Positions 63,601 to 64,000 of a stretch of 64,000 bases of DNA are shown one piece after another. A model generated the notes under the pieces. The model did no database searches and was not told the DNA's origin. It saw nothing but the letters and a program-made list of their open reading frames with translations. The first letter of the stretch is position 1. Each line of letters opens with the position of its first letter. The DNA is from Leucoraja erinacea. Lineage: Eukaryota. The translations under genes were made by a program, and so were the position numbers. Location of the stretch: contig NC_073394.1 of NCBI RefSeq assembly GCF_028641065.1, positions 34,100,001-34,164,000 of the forward strand, given 5' to 3'.

Positions 63601-64000
63601 CCTCCTCCCGGAGTGCGTCCTTCTCGAGCAACCTCTCCATTAGGTGCTCGATCTGTGAGAGTCGTGAGAAAACGGACTTCCCTTGCGGAGGTGAATCCTC
63701 CTTGCCCGACTTTGGGTCAATGGGCCTGGCAGACTTAGATGTGGCCTTACGCCCTACCGGCGCGGCAACGCTGCTCCCAGTCAATGTGTCTGCAGTCGCA
63801 AGCCCCCCTGCTTGCGACAGAATTGGTGAGCTAGGCGGGCACCCGCTACCCGCACTCCCACGGCCCTCCAAACTTTTCGTAATGGGTCGCCTCGCCTTCA
63901 CCTTCGTTGCTTTCTGTATCTTGGAACTTCTCCAACAACCACCAGTACAGAAAGTGACCTCAAGACTAAGTTTGCCACTTACCTCGAGGTGTTTTAAACT
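57643..64000 (-). mobile_element. DIRS1-like retrotransposon (copy 3), interrupted by L1; left end just outside the window
   Basis: Right end aatagtaagattaaacgag at 57643; ICR at about 57865-57975; YR about 59970-60920; MT DIDLFASR/YVFPPF; RH/RT 61300-62730 (IDLKDTYY, YLDD); gag about 63000-63900. Confidence 0.93.
57978..59781 (-). mobile_element. 5'-truncated L1 LINE (ORF2 C-terminus with CCHC knuckle)
   Basis: GRINLVKMVILPKFLYLFQ, GGLALPDF, CNRC..H.FWSC; AATAAA and A-rich tail; 13-bp TSD tacgtgaagattt (57965-57977 and 59782-59794). Confidence 0.93.

Noticed and set aside
56899-64000. Next astacin exon (SxMHY Met-turn)
   Set aside because: Not found; the region is AT-rich intron plus DIRS and L1, so the exon presumably lies beyond the window.

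Overview
Vertebrate nuclear DNA. The repeat families (CR1, Rex1/Babar, Penelope-like, V-SINE-like, DIRS, Mag-type Gypsy, BEL/Pao) suggest a cartilaginous fish such as a skate or ray; this is inference. The one host gene found is a plus-strand astacin-family (M12A) metalloprotease of the hatching-enzyme/ovastacin-like six-cysteine type. Four phase-compatible GT-AG exons (5043-5120, 15068-15217, 23343-23460, 56720-56898) splice into one open frame with the HELLHTIGFNHEQNRSDRD zinc motif. The first and last exons were not found in the window. The introns (about 9.9, 8.1 and 33.3 kb) are filled with nested retroelements: four DIRS1-like tyrosine-recombinase elements, three Gypsy, one BEL/Pao, Rex1, RTE-X-like, L1, many CR1 pieces, Penelope-like elements with hammerhead-ribozyme-like motifs, a GC-rich SINE-like family with Rex1-type tails, and MITEs. 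The most unusual signals are a DIRS 3' end copied back through and past its own ICR, the repeated minimal hammerhead motif, a perfect 22-bp hairpin, and an unassigned decayed reading frame. Exon, LTR and TSD coordinates were counted by hand; boundaries of degraded repeats are approximate. No database searches were run.
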